NCBI GenBank assembly: GCA_020632715.1
Contig: JACKFA010000002.1
Coordinates: 578,122 to 642,121 of the forward strand
DNA from: Deltaproteobacteria bacterium
GTDB taxonomy: Bacteria; Myxococcota_A; UBA9042; PHBI01
Direction of reading: 5' to 3'
Length of the DNA: 64,000 nt
Positions 39,401-45,233 of the stretch are shown here, one piece after another. The notes beneath the pieces were generated by a model. It had not been told where the DNA came from, did not search any database, and saw only the letters and a program-made list of their open reading frames with translations. Position numbers and translations under genes: made by a program. Position 1 is the stretch's first letter. Every line of letters begins with the position of its first letter.

Positions 39401-41230
39401 GGCGACGCAGACGGGGACGCCGTTATCGACCACGCACTGGGTGCTCGACGAGAAGAGGATGGCCTCGTCGCAGCCGCGCCCGCAGATCCCGCAGTTGTCG
39501 TCGCTGTCGTAGGGGCCCGTCGGGCTCTCGCGGAAGTCCTCGTCCGTGGCCCCGTCGCAGTCGTTGTCGATGACGTCGCACACCTCGGCGGCCGGCGTCT
39601 TCGCGTCGCAGACCCAGCCGTTCGCGCCCGCGCACTGCCACTGCCCCGAGCACGTGCCGAACTCGTTCGTCACCTGGCAGGGCTCGGTCGGCGGCGTGAC
39701 CGCCTCGTCGACGCGCCCGTTGCAGTTGTCGTCGATGCCGTTACAGGTCTCGGGCGACGGCACGTAGGCGCTGCACTGGCTCCAGCCGTTCGCCGGGCCG
39801 CCGCACGTCTGGAGGCCGGCGCACGTGCCGTACTCGTTCGACTCGGTGCAGGGGCGCGACTTGCCCTGGTCGCTCGTGCGCGAGCAGCTGCAGCTGTTGC
39901 TGTACGGCAGGCACTGGTGGCGCCCGTCGCCGAGCTCGGTGCAGGTGTAGCCGTTCGGGCAGCTCCCCTCGTTGTAGCCGTTGAGGTTGTCGGCGCCGCA
40001 GTCCTGGCCGCAGAAGAGGCCGCCGTCGAGCGGCACGCAGGCGTTGCCCGGGACGACGCAGTTCGCGTCCTCGGTGCAGGGGAGGCAGGCCGCCTCGATG
40101 ACCGGGAGGCAGGTCGTGGGGCCGGCGAGGTAGAAGCCGGGGGCGCAGGAGGTCACGACGCAGCGGGCGACGCCGCTCTCGACGCGGCAGCCGCTGACGG
40201 CGTTCGGGAAGAAGCCCTCGCAGCTGTTGCCGCAGACGCCGCAGTCGGTGTCGAGCGTGTAGAGGCCGGTCGCCTGGTCGCGGAAGCCCTCGTCGATGTG
40301 GCCGTCGCAGTTGTTGTCCTCGTAGTCGCAGGACTCGTTCCGCGCCTCCTGACCGACGCAGGTCCACCCCTCGGCGCCGCTGCAGACGCGGTGGCCGGCG
40401 CACACGCCGAACTCGTTCGTCACCTCGCAGGGGGTGTCGTCGACGAGGTTCTCGTCCGTGAGGAGGTTGCAGTTGTCGTCCATGCCGTTACAGATCTCGG
40501 CGGTCGGGACGTGCGCGTCGCACTCGCTCCAGCCGTCCTCACCGAGGCAGGTGCGGAGGCCGAAGCAGGTGCCGGCGTCGTTCTTGGCGCTGCAGGGCTC
40601 CTGGACGCCCTCGTTGCCGACGGTGCAGGCGCAGGTGCCCGTGACCGGCACGCACTGCGAGCTCGACGCGCCCGACGCGCCCTCGGAGGTCACCTGCTCG
40701 CAGGCGTAGCCGCTCGGGCACTCCTCCTGCGAGTTGCACGCCTGGGTGCAGCGCTGGCCGTCCTCGAAGGTGAGGCACATGCCCTGGCCGCACTGCGTGT
40801 CGATGGTGCACGCCTGGCAGAGGCGGCTCGCCTTCGGGACGCACACGAAGGTGACGTCCTGCTGGCCCGAGATCCCGACGCAGCTCCAGCCGTCGGGGCA
40901 GTCCTCCTCGCAGAGCTTGGTGCAGACGGGGCCGAGGCTCGAGTCGACGCACCACCCCGAGAGGCAGTCGGTGTTCTCGAAGCACGGGGCGCCGAACTCG
41001 CCGGTGCCCGCGGTGGTGTCGCCGTCGCTCGTGTCAGCCTGCGTGTCGGGCTGCACGTTGATGTCGATCGGCGTGAACGTGTCCGCGTCGACGGCCGAGT
41101 CGACGGCCTCGCTCGTGTCCTTCGAGACGACGTCCGAGTCGGTCTCGTCCGCCGAGTCGTGGCAGGCCGCGAGCGCGCTCGTGAGCGCGAAGGCGGCCGC
41201 GAGGCACGCAATACGATGGCTGCGGGTCAT
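27494..41230 (-). CDS. Giant (4578-aa) Cys-rich repeat lipoprotein. About 14 tandem ~265-aa modules, each carrying two MopE-like putative metal-binding motifs, then a right-handed beta-helix region and a Gly-rich C-terminal tail.
   Basis: Lipoprotein signal MTRSHRIACLAAAFALTSALAAC. Recurring module: CxCLPGD-G-TRTC...GTCFG-ETC...TPAAETCNGVDDNCNGQADEG...GTCSA-Y-C-GASGWQC...ETCDFADNNCDGQVDE-FKN--G-YVDDENCGSCG-SC...RCEV--C--GYY...CLPCATD--CPTPGD-C-P-DGG-FCG-DC. The C-terminal ~800 aa include a pectate-lyase-like beta-helix (ILVADGLYEETVSL...GFIIDG...) and GGxGG repeats. The + strand 4557-aa ORF is an antisense artefact. Confidence 0.8.
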   Translation of the reverse strand: MTRSHRIACLAAAFALTSALAACHDSADETDSDVVSKDTSEAVDSAVDADTFTPIDINVQPDTQADTSDGDTTAGTGEFGAPCFENTDCLSGWCVDSSLGPVCTKLCEEDCPDGWSCVGISGQQDVTFVCVPKASRLCQACTIDTQCGQGMCLTFEDGQRCTQACNSQEECPSGYACEQVTSEGASGASSSQCVPVTGTCACTVGNEGVQEPCSAKNDAGTCFGLRTCLGEDGWSECDAHVPTAEICNGMDDNCNLLTDENLVDDTPCEVTNEFGVCAGHRVCSGAEGWTCVGQEARNESCDYEDNNCDGHIDEGFRDQATGLYTLDTDCGVCGNSCEGFFPNAVSGCRVESGVARCVVTSCAPGFYLAGPTTCLPVIEAACLPCTEDANCVVPGNACVPLDGGLFCGQDCGADNLNGYNEGSCPNGYTCTELGDGRHQCLPYSNSCSCSRTSDQGKSRPCTESNEYGTCAGLQTCGGPANGWSQCSAYVPSPETCNGIDDNCNGRVDEAVTPPTEPCQVTNEFGTCSGQWQCAGANGWVCDAKTPAAEVCDVIDNDCDGATDEDFRESPTGPYDSDDNCGICGRGCDEAILFSSSTQCVVDNGVPVCVALSCLDGFYVPPDTNRVCIPTTGAVACSPCSDNAQCAELPGGQCTSLDGGSFCTRGCSDTSDCGNGFSCEAGRCIPETKSCTCLPGMEGRLRPCVNQNGFGACTGTSECDPAQSPGWSACSARTPAAETCNGVDDNCNGQADEGVAHDPVSCTESNASGTCAAQYVCSGASGWECPVQTPVAELCNFQDDNCDGQVDEAFKNAAGLYVDDENCGTCGVSCDGLLPNATSHCVVSGTRARCEVASCEEGFYQVGPLTCLPATDTTCVPCVTDANCPTPGDKCLSLDGGKFCGRDCSAGNAHGVPEGVCAPGYSCVDVAGGARQCAPDSGSCTCLEPNDGDMRTCRKQNDFGTCFGTETCGAGSGNGWEGCTALEPSAETCNGVDDNCNGQADEGVVHSPPTCEVTNTWGTCTADYSCKGANGWSCVAATPAEDVCDNKDNDCDGQVDEDFKNASGQYVDDENCGSCGISCVGAIPNAMTQCIVRNGTPRCEVAACAEGYYRANASTCLPSQDSSCLACATDANCPTPGDKCLPMDGGNYCGRDCSATNVHGRPAGECDAGFTCQDLGAGVAQCVPTSNSCSCLPGDGGKTRTCINQNASGSCFGSETCDPAAGWSGCTARVPAVETCNGVDDNCDGRIDEGVTHDPATCSNAVIGVGSCSASYTCGGASGWQCDPGTPEAESCDFADNNCDGQVDETFKNGAGKYVDDENCGSCGISCEGAIPNAVAMCAVGSSGQPRCVVRECDFGYFQTGPLSCQPATSDLCLPCATDDDCPTPGDVCVPLATGGFCGKDCGPSNLHGLTPGTCDVAGFECQDIGGAGTVFQCVPESGACDCLPANQGKQRTCSTTNTSGTCFGTETCESTMGWSTCTAKTPATETCNGLDDNCDGRIDEEVTHSPATCDNAVAGVGTCSATYTCQGTSGWQCPVATPVAETCDFQDNNCDGQADEPFRNAAGLYTDVDNCGSCGISCTGRIPNATETCAVTNGAPRCEVGSCDAGYYQVSALTCLPATDSQCTPCVTDAQCPTPGDRCIPMDGGSFCGRDCSAGNKHGYAAGECPSGYQCSAFDGGMQCIPTTNSCSCLPGDEGRTRTCSNTNTDGTCFGSSTCHEASGWTTCTAKTPAAESCNGADDNCNGAIDEGVTHSPATCDNTVAGVGTCSATYVCGGASGWQCDVATPVAETCDFADNNCNGQIDESFKNAAGKYVDDENCGSCGVSCDGAIPNASAMCEVNASGQPRCVVRECDSGYYKTGPLSCSPATNSLCTSCATDNDCPTPGDVCVPLDGGGYCGKDCGPGNLHGLTPGSCDVAGFVCNDITGGGVYQCVPESGACDCLPANDGKQRTCSVANAQGTCFGTETCDSHSGWGTCTARTPAAESCNGQDDNCNGQIDEAVTHSPATCDNVVAGVGTCSASYVCQGASGWQCPAATPVAESCDFQDNNCNGQVDESFRNAQGLYTDVDNCGSCGVSCSGKIPNATETCAVHNGAPRCEVATCDPGYYQVSPLTCLPAVDSQCTPCVTDANCPTPGDRCIPMDGGNFCGRDCSAGNAHGYAAGQCPTGYTCGAFDGSQQCMPTSGSCSCLPGNAGNTRTCSATNTQGTCFGTATCDPATGWGGCTAKTPAAETCNGADDNCNGQIDESPTQPTTACQATNANGTCSAAWTCGGASGWQCPAAAPAAETCDFADNDCDGSTDEDFKQNGKYVNDQNCGSCGISCAGAIPNATAGCAYNGGNPRCEVMACDSGYFQTGPLSCAASSSNVCRTCTGDGDCPTPGDRCLTVGTQQVCGQDCSAGNLHGVPAGTCQEAGFTCNDFGGGMQQCVPQSGTCDCLPGDNGKTRTCSSSNAQGTCYGAETCDSTQGWVGCSARTPAAETCNGVDDNCNGQADEGVAHTPATCDNTVAGVGTCSAAYTCGGASGWQCSPATPVTETCNGQDDNCDGQVDEAFKNAAGQYVNDQNCGACGISCAGSIANATATCSAQSGTPRCEVATCSAGYYKASALTCLPATDNSCLACATDANCGTPGDKCIALDGANVCARSCGAGNAYGTPAGQCPAGYACETQGSGAQVCVPSSHSCSCLTADNGKTRTCQKANTSGTCFGTETCNPASGWFGCSAKTPAAETCNGQDDNCNGAVDEAVTAPTDPCQATNANGTCSASWTCGGASGWQCPAATPGAETCNFVDDNCNGQVDETFKVNGKYVNDQNCGTCGASCDGVLPNATATCKLNGTTPRCEVLTCDVGYYKASATACLPATVTACSPCSVDADCGNPGDRCLTIGGGQFCGQDCSAGNVHGTAAGTCATSGFTCQAFAGGPNQCVPQSGACDCLAGDDGKTRLCSNANGNGTCYGTQTCNATSGWGTCNAKVPAAETCNGLDDNCNSQVDEGAVQPTQSCANTNGNGTCSASWTCGGASGWQCPAATPGAETCNYLDDNCNGQVDEAFKNASGQYVSDANCGACGISCAGSIANATATCSAASGAPRCEVATCATGYYKASALTCLPATDNTCLACATDANCGTPGDKCIALDGANVCARSCDAGNAYGTPAGQCPSGYSCEAQASGANVCVPTSHSCACRAGDSGKTRTCQATNASGTCFGSETCNPTSGWYGCSAKTPAAETCNGLDDNCNGQADESVAAPTDPCAVTNAYGTCSAGWQCQGAGGWVCPAATPAAETCDFADNDCDGQVDEDFKQSGKYVNDQNCGTCGSSCTGVLPHATATCRLNNGTPRCEVESCDVGYYVAGATSCLPATATACSPCVVDGDCGNPGDRCLTIGSGKFCGQDCSAGNVHGTAAGSCQNAGFVCQAFAGGPNQCVPQSGACDCLAGDAGKTRLCSSTNGNGTCYGNETCNPSVGWTGCNAKVPAAETCNGLDDNCNSSVDEGATAPTTACAVTNANGTCSASWTCGGTGGWQCPAATPAAETCNFKDDNCDGQIDESFKNANGYYVNNANCGTCGVSCAGSIPNATATCVENGGAPRCEVATCAAGYYKAGPLTCLPATSAACQSCASDSNCPTPGDKCLALDGGQYCGIDCSAGNLHGTAAGVCPSGYTCQDVTGGFKQCVPQSASCTCLAGDTGKTRTCLKSNAIGTCYGSETCNPSTGWSSCTALTPATEICDNVDNNCNSAIDDVAGRGQSCSITNGFGSCAGVQDCAGGSSGLTCVGKTPAAEICNYQDDDCDGTTDEGFGNLNQSCSNGVGACQRFGFYVCTANGASTTCNAVAGAASTEICDGVDNDCNGQVDENAAWANKGQPCTMGQGVCQQTGVYQCSANGSATECSKSGGTPAVSNETGLCNNLDDDCDGAIDEDYPTKGQLCSVGVGTCKAFGNYICNAGGNGVSCSATAGTAGTETCDLLDNDCNGVTDNGFVNAQGKYYRDDFCGNCFTDCTTIFAKANGYGTCNATGTPTCGLQCCAPGSTNPRCAGVTNYFYNLNGVPDDGCEFMLDPVAIYVSNTQALAQDTAGCGLGPVGTGTGGGNFPCRTIGYGITRAVAAGRTKVLVADGLYEETVSLVDGVSLLGGYRADTWERNVAATNTTIRGASSIVTHVKTIIAQGITTKTTVLEGFIIDGQSSFAPSGNSYAIWVKDSNNKLEIRSNVIFGGSGGVGTNGSNGTLGSDGGNGQIGERSILTNTYNNCTSAADVPGNVPNCWNSDTNTKDATSCGGGGSNTCGGTSVAGGGGASAKCPNTLESGTDYDQQPSGGGGSTAGTGNGTAGGGGEGGHDRKSTNCGTFGTGGYSATGLPGANGGRGTDRSGGAGAAANNGQVTSFEWKGYAGSAGTAGTHGGGGGGGGAGGGADVTSDCSSGGDNTDDSLGGSGGGGGAGGCGGTAGTGGQPGGGSFGIFITNTASTAIGSLPVITGNTVTRGTGGDGGAGGSGGKGGLGGNGGDGGLTYGRWTYAMGFGGRGGQGGDGGHGGGGGGGQGGASFGIYLHNYSGTPTFQNFNTFLSGGFGGRGGFGGTSVGQAGQAGADGSASNRNW
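29740..40660. repeat. Coding tandem-repeat array, period ~0.8 kb with ~14 copies, inside the giant lipoprotein gene.
   Basis: The protein-level periodicity of the Cys-rich modules maps to these DNA coordinates (approximate). Copies are diverged (roughly 60-80% identical by eye), which suggests an old expansion. Confidence 0.6.
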
Positions 41231-41350
41231 CAGGATCCCCGAGTCTGCGAGAGAGGTCTACGCGCGAACGTGAGGGCGTCCGCTCGTCGGAATGTCGATC
41301 GTGAGGGCTGAAGGAAAACTTGAGGCTTTCTTGTAACGATCCTTCAGGTC

Positions 41351-41656
41351 ATGCTCCCGGGCATGGCCGCCATCGAGGACGATCCCATCGGCTGTCGCGT
41401 GCTCCTCCACGTGTCGCCGCGCGCCAGCAGGACGCGCGTCGTCGGGCTCCACGACGGGCGCGTGAAGCTCCAGGTCGCCGCCCCCCCGGTCGACGGCGAG
41501 GCGAACGCCGAGGTCGAGCGCTTCCTCGCGCGGGCGCTCGACGTGCCGCGCGACCGCGTGGCGATCGTCGCGGGCGCGACGGGCAAGCGGAAGGCGGTGC
41601 GCGTCGAGGGCGTGACGGCGGCGGCGGCCGCGGCGGCGCTCGGCGTCGAGAGCTGA
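41351..41656 (+). CDS. DUF167 (YggU/UPF0235) family protein
   Basis: 101 aa with ...RVLLHVSPRASRTRVVGLHDGRVKLQVAAPPVDGEANAEVERFLARALDVPRDRVAIVAGATGKRKAVRVEG, which matches the YggU family pattern. Confidence 0.7.
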   Translation: MLPGMAAIEDDPIGCRVLLHVSPRASRTRVVGLHDGRVKLQVAAPPVDGEANAEVERFLARALDVPRDRVAIVAGATGKRKAVRVEGVTAAAAAAALGVES

Positions 41657-41745
41657 GGCGCGCGCGGCGTCGTCGCGCGGGCGGCGGGCGACGATTCCGT
41701 TCGGAGCGACGCCGTGGTACCACAGCCCCGCTCCGGAGGTGCCCC

Positions 41746-43779
41746 ATGCGAATCGCGTTCACGCACAACCTGCAGAAGAAGGGCGGCGAGGAGGAGGCCG
41801 AGTTCGACTCGCCCGAGACCGTCGTCGCCATCACGCGGGCGCTCGAGTCGCTCGGTCACGACGTCGTCCCGGTCGACGTCGACATGTCGGTGACGCGCCT
41901 CATCTCGCTCCTCGAGGGCGCGCGCCCCGACCTCATCCTGAACACCGCCGAGGGGTGGCGCGGCGCCTTCCGCGAGGCCCTCTTCCCCGCGCTCTTCGAG
42001 ACGCTGGGGCTCCCGTTCGTCGGCCCGGACGCGCACGCCTGCGCGCTCGCGCTCGACAAGCACGCCACGAAGGCGCTCGTCGCGGAGCTCGGCGTCCCGA
42101 TGGCGCCGTCGGTGTTCGTGCAGCGGCACGTCCCGGCGGACCTCTCGAAGCTCGAGCTGCCGGTCATCGTGAAGCCGAACTTCGAGGGCAGCTCGAAGGG
42201 CATCGAGGACAGCTCGGTCGTCACGGACCGGGCCGACCTCGAGCCGCGCGTGGCCGAGGCGCTCGCCCGCTACCCCGACGGCGTGCTCGTCGAGGAGCTC
42301 ATCCCCGGCGTCGACATCGTCGTGCCCTTCATCGCCGGGCTCGGCCCCGACGGCGGCGCGCTCACGCCCGCGACCTACCGCTTCTCGGAGGAGGCGCGCG
42401 CGACGTCGCGCCACGGCCTCTACGGCTACGAGCTCAAGAACCACTCGGCGGCCGCGGTGGACGTCGTCCCCGCCGCGCTCGACGCGGCGCAGGCCCGCGA
42501 CGCGCGCGCCTGGACGCGGGCCATCGCGGCGCAGCTCGGCCTGCACGACATGGCGCGCATCGACTTCCGCCTCACGCCCGAGGGGCAGCTCCTCTTCATC
42601 GAGGCGGAGCCGCTCCCGAGCCTCGAGCTCGGCGCGAGCCCGCACGTGTCGGCGGCGCTCGCGGGCGCGACGACCACGGCCGCGGTGCTCGAGGCCATCC
42701 TGAAGGCGTCGTGCGCGCGGCAGGGGCTCGCGTACAAGGGGAGCGGGAAGGCGGCGCGGAGCCGCTCGTACAAGGTGGGGCTCGTCTACAACCTGAAGCG
42801 GGTGAAGCCGAAGAAGGACGGCGAGAACGACGCCGAGGCCGAGTTCGACGCGCCCGAGACCATCGACGCCATCGCGGGCGCGATCGAGGGCCTCGGGCAC
42901 ACGGTGGTGCGGCTCGAGGCGGACCGGACGCTCTTGAACCGCATCGGCCACGCCGGGGTCGACGTGGTGTTCAACATCGCCGAGGGGGTGCGCGGGCGCG
43001 GGCGCGAGGCCCTGGTGCCGGCGATCCTCGAGCTGCTCGACATCCCGTACACCGGGAGCGACCCGGCGACGCTCGCGCTGACGCTCGACAAGGCGCTCGC
43101 GAAGCGGCTCGTGCGCGAGGCGGGGGTGCGGACGCCCGACTTCGTCGTGATGACGGCGGTGAAGCAGAAGCTGCCGCCGAACATGACGTTCCCGCTGGTC
43201 GTGAAGCCGGTCGCCGAGGGGAGCTCGAAGGGGGTCCTGAAGACGAGCGTCGTGCGCGACGACGCGGAGCTGCGCGCGCTCGTGACGGAGATCCTCGCGC
43301 GTTACGATCAGGGCGCGCTCGTCGAGGAGTTCCTGCCCGGGCGCGAGTTCACGGTGGGGATCCTCGGCGGCACGGGGCAGAAGCCGCGCGTGCTGCCGCC
43401 GATGGAGATCGTGTTCAACGCGTCGGCCGGGGAGAACCCGGTGTACACCTTCGAGCACAAGCAGGACTTCACGCCGCAGGTGACCTACCAGGTGCCGGCG
43501 CACACGACGCGGGAGCTCGCCGACGACCTCGCGCGAGCGGCGCGGCTCGCGTGGGACGCGCTCGGGTGCCGCGACGTGTCGCGCATGGATCTGCGGCTCG
43601 ACCACGAGGGGCGCGTGTCGTTCATCGAGTGCAACCCCCTGCCGGGGCTGACGCCCGACTGGTCGGACCTGTGCCTCATCGCGAAGGGGGCGGGGCTCGG
43701 CTATCAGGAGCTCATCGCGGAGATCCTCGCGCCGGCGGTGCGGCGCCTCGAGCGGCGGCTCGGGCGCAAGGGGCGCTGA
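41746..43779 (+). CDS. Tandem (duplicated) D-alanine--D-alanine ligase-like ATP-grasp fusion protein
   Basis: 677 aa, two ~330-aa Ddl-like halves. Half 1: MRIAFTHNLQKK...LGLPFVGPD...VIVKPNFEGSSKGI. Half 2: YKVGLVYNLKRVK...LDIPYTGSD...LVVKPVAEGSSKGV. The ATG at 41746 is preceded by GGAGGTG. Confidence 0.75.
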   Translation: MRIAFTHNLQKKGGEEEAEFDSPETVVAITRALESLGHDVVPVDVDMSVTRLISLLEGARPDLILNTAEGWRGAFREALFPALFETLGLPFVGPDAHACALALDKHATKALVAELGVPMAPSVFVQRHVPADLSKLELPVIVKPNFEGSSKGIEDSSVVTDRADLEPRVAEALARYPDGVLVEELIPGVDIVVPFIAGLGPDGGALTPATYRFSEEARATSRHGLYGYELKNHSAAAVDVVPAALDAAQARDARAWTRAIAAQLGLHDMARIDFRLTPEGQLLFIEAEPLPSLELGASPHVSAALAGATTTAAVLEAILKASCARQGLAYKGSGKAARSRSYKVGLVYNLKRVKPKKDGENDAEAEFDAPETIDAIAGAIEGLGHTVVRLEADRTLLNRIGHAGVDVVFNIAEGVRGRGREALVPAILELLDIPYTGSDPATLALTLDKALAKRLVREAGVRTPDFVVMTAVKQKLPPNMTFPLVVKPVAEGSSKGVLKTSVVRDDAELRALVTEILARYDQGALVEEFLPGREFTVGILGGTGQKPRVLPPMEIVFNASAGENPVYTFEHKQDFTPQVTYQVPAHTTRELADDLARAARLAWDALGCRDVSRMDLRLDHEGRVSFIECNPLPGLTPDWSDLCLIAKGAGLGYQELIAEILAPAVRRLERRLGRKGR

Positions 43780-43781
43780 GC

Positions 43782-44927
43782 GTGGTGCCGGGGGAGCCGC
43801 GGCGGCGGCTGCGGGAGCTCGGGATCGCCATCGGGCGGTTCGAGCCGGGGCCGTTCAACGCCATCACGGACGTCGAGGGGGTGCGGGTCGGGCACACGAC
43901 GCTCCACACCGGGTCGGGGCCGCTCGTGGTGGGCGAGGGGCCCGTGCGCACCGGGGTCACCGCGATCCTCCCGAACGAGGGGACGGTGTTCAACGAGCGG
44001 CTCATCGCGGGGACGTTCGTCTTGAACGGCGCGGGCGAGCTCGCGGGGCTGACGCAGCTCAACGAGTGGGGGCTCCTCGAGACGCCGATCCTGCTCACGA
44101 ACACGCTCTCGGTGGGGGCGGCGTCGCAGGGGATGATCGAGCACCTGCTCGAGCGGTTCCCGAGCATCGGGGTCGAGCACGACGTGATCATCCCGGTGGT
44201 CGGGGAGTGCGACGACTCGTTCCTGAACGACATCGGCGGCGGGCACGTCACGGCGGAGCACGCGCGGCGGGCGCTCGAGTCGGCGACGGGGGGGCCGGTC
44301 GAGGAGGGCTGCGTCGGCGGCGGGACGGGGATGGTGTGCTTCGATCTGAAGGGCGGGATCGGCACGTCGTCGCGGGTCCTGCCCGAGGAGCTCGGCGGCT
44401 TCAGGCTCGGCGTGCTGGTGATGACGAACTTCGGGCGCATCGCGGACCTGCGCGTCGACGGGGTGCCGGTGGGCGAGGAGCTCGCGTCGTACTTCGCGCG
44501 CGAGGAGAAGCGGCCGAACCTCTACGGGAGCATCATCGCGGTGCTGGCGACGGACGCGCCGCTGTCGACGTCGCAGCTGAACCGGGTGTGCAAGCGGGTG
44601 AGCCTCGGGCTCGGGCGGATGGGGTCCTACGCGGCGCACGGCTCGGGGGAGATCATCGTCGGGTTCTCGACGGCGAACACGGTGCCGCGCGGGAAGGCGC
44701 GGCGCATCCATCGGCTGCACATGCTGGCCGACTGGGCCATCGACCCGCTCTACCAGGCGGCCATCGAGTGCGCCGAGGAGGCCGTGCTGAACGCGCTCTG
44801 CATGGCGGTGCCGACCGACGGGGCCGACGGGCGCCATGTGAGGGCGCTCCCGCTCGCGGCGGTGACGGAGCTCTGGCAGCGGCACCGGGGTCGGCTCGGT
44901 CGACCCATCAAGTCGCTCCGCTCGTAG
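43782..44927 (+). CDS. DmpA/BapA-family (peptidase S58) aminopeptidase
   Basis: 381 aa from GTG 43782, 2 nt after the ligase stop, with AAGGGG upstream. ITDVEGVRVGHTTL and GTGMVCFDLKGGIGTSS match the S58 N-terminal-nucleophile hydrolase family. Confidence 0.75.
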   Translation: MVPGEPRRRLRELGIAIGRFEPGPFNAITDVEGVRVGHTTLHTGSGPLVVGEGPVRTGVTAILPNEGTVFNERLIAGTFVLNGAGELAGLTQLNEWGLLETPILLTNTLSVGAASQGMIEHLLERFPSIGVEHDVIIPVVGECDDSFLNDIGGGHVTAEHARRALESATGGPVEEGCVGGGTGMVCFDLKGGIGTSSRVLPEELGGFRLGVLVMTNFGRIADLRVDGVPVGEELASYFAREEKRPNLYGSIIAVLATDAPLSTSQLNRVCKRVSLGLGRMGSYAAHGSGEIIVGFSTANTVPRGKARRIHRLHMLADWAIDPLYQAAIECAEEAVLNALCMAVPTDGADGRHVRALPLAAVTELWQRHRGRLGRPIKSLRS

Positions 44928-45065
44928 AGAGCGCGATCGTCGCGCGGTCGCCGTTCGCAACGGATGGAATTCTATCGTCTCGGTAGGTTTCTTCGCCGAG
45001 CGGACGGCGTCGGACGCCGCGGAGGCGCTCAGGATGACGTGGCGAGCCATGTCGGGATGAATTGG

Positions 45066-45089
45066 CACGACCATTATATAATGGTCGTG
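45066..45089. promoter_or_regulatory. Perfect 24-bp palindrome CACGACCATTATATAATGGTCGTG, AT-rich core, ~145 bp upstream of the CarH-like gene. Candidate operator/promoter.
   Basis: Read from the sequence. TATATAAT is a striking AT island in a ~70% GC genome. Confidence 0.45.
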
Positions 45090-45233
45090 ATCCCGCGAGC
45101 CTTTGCGTGACCTCCAAACAAAGGCGGACAGCAGAGGGTGGTTCATGACAAAATCGGTCATCTTTCGGCAACGGATGTCGCAGCGTCCAGCGCGGAAGGG
45201 AGAGAGCTTGCAGCCACGATCCCGGGAGGAGAC

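Noticed and set aside
29740-40660. Highly regular ~0.8-kb tandem repeats considered as a possible CRISPR or satellite array
   Set aside because: The repeats are in-frame coding modules of one protein with conserved Cys positions and diverged third positions. There are no short identical repeats with unique spacers.
27638-41311. 4557-aa ORF on the + strand spanning the whole giant gene
   Set aside because: Antisense shadow of the real minus-strand gene. The translation is Ala/Arg/Val/Gly low-complexity with no domain structure. High GC suppresses stop codons in the reverse frames.
41739-44927. 1062-aa + strand ORF
   Set aside because: It is a frame shadow across the Ddl-fusion gene (real frame is 41320/41746) and contains only the DmpA gene (43782-44927) as real sequence. 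Everything before that is Arg/Gly-rich junk.
45061-45076. TGGCAC at 45063-45068 considered as a sigma-54 -24 element
   Set aside because: No TTGC -12 element at the required 4-5 nt spacing. It is better explained as part of the 24-bp palindrome.
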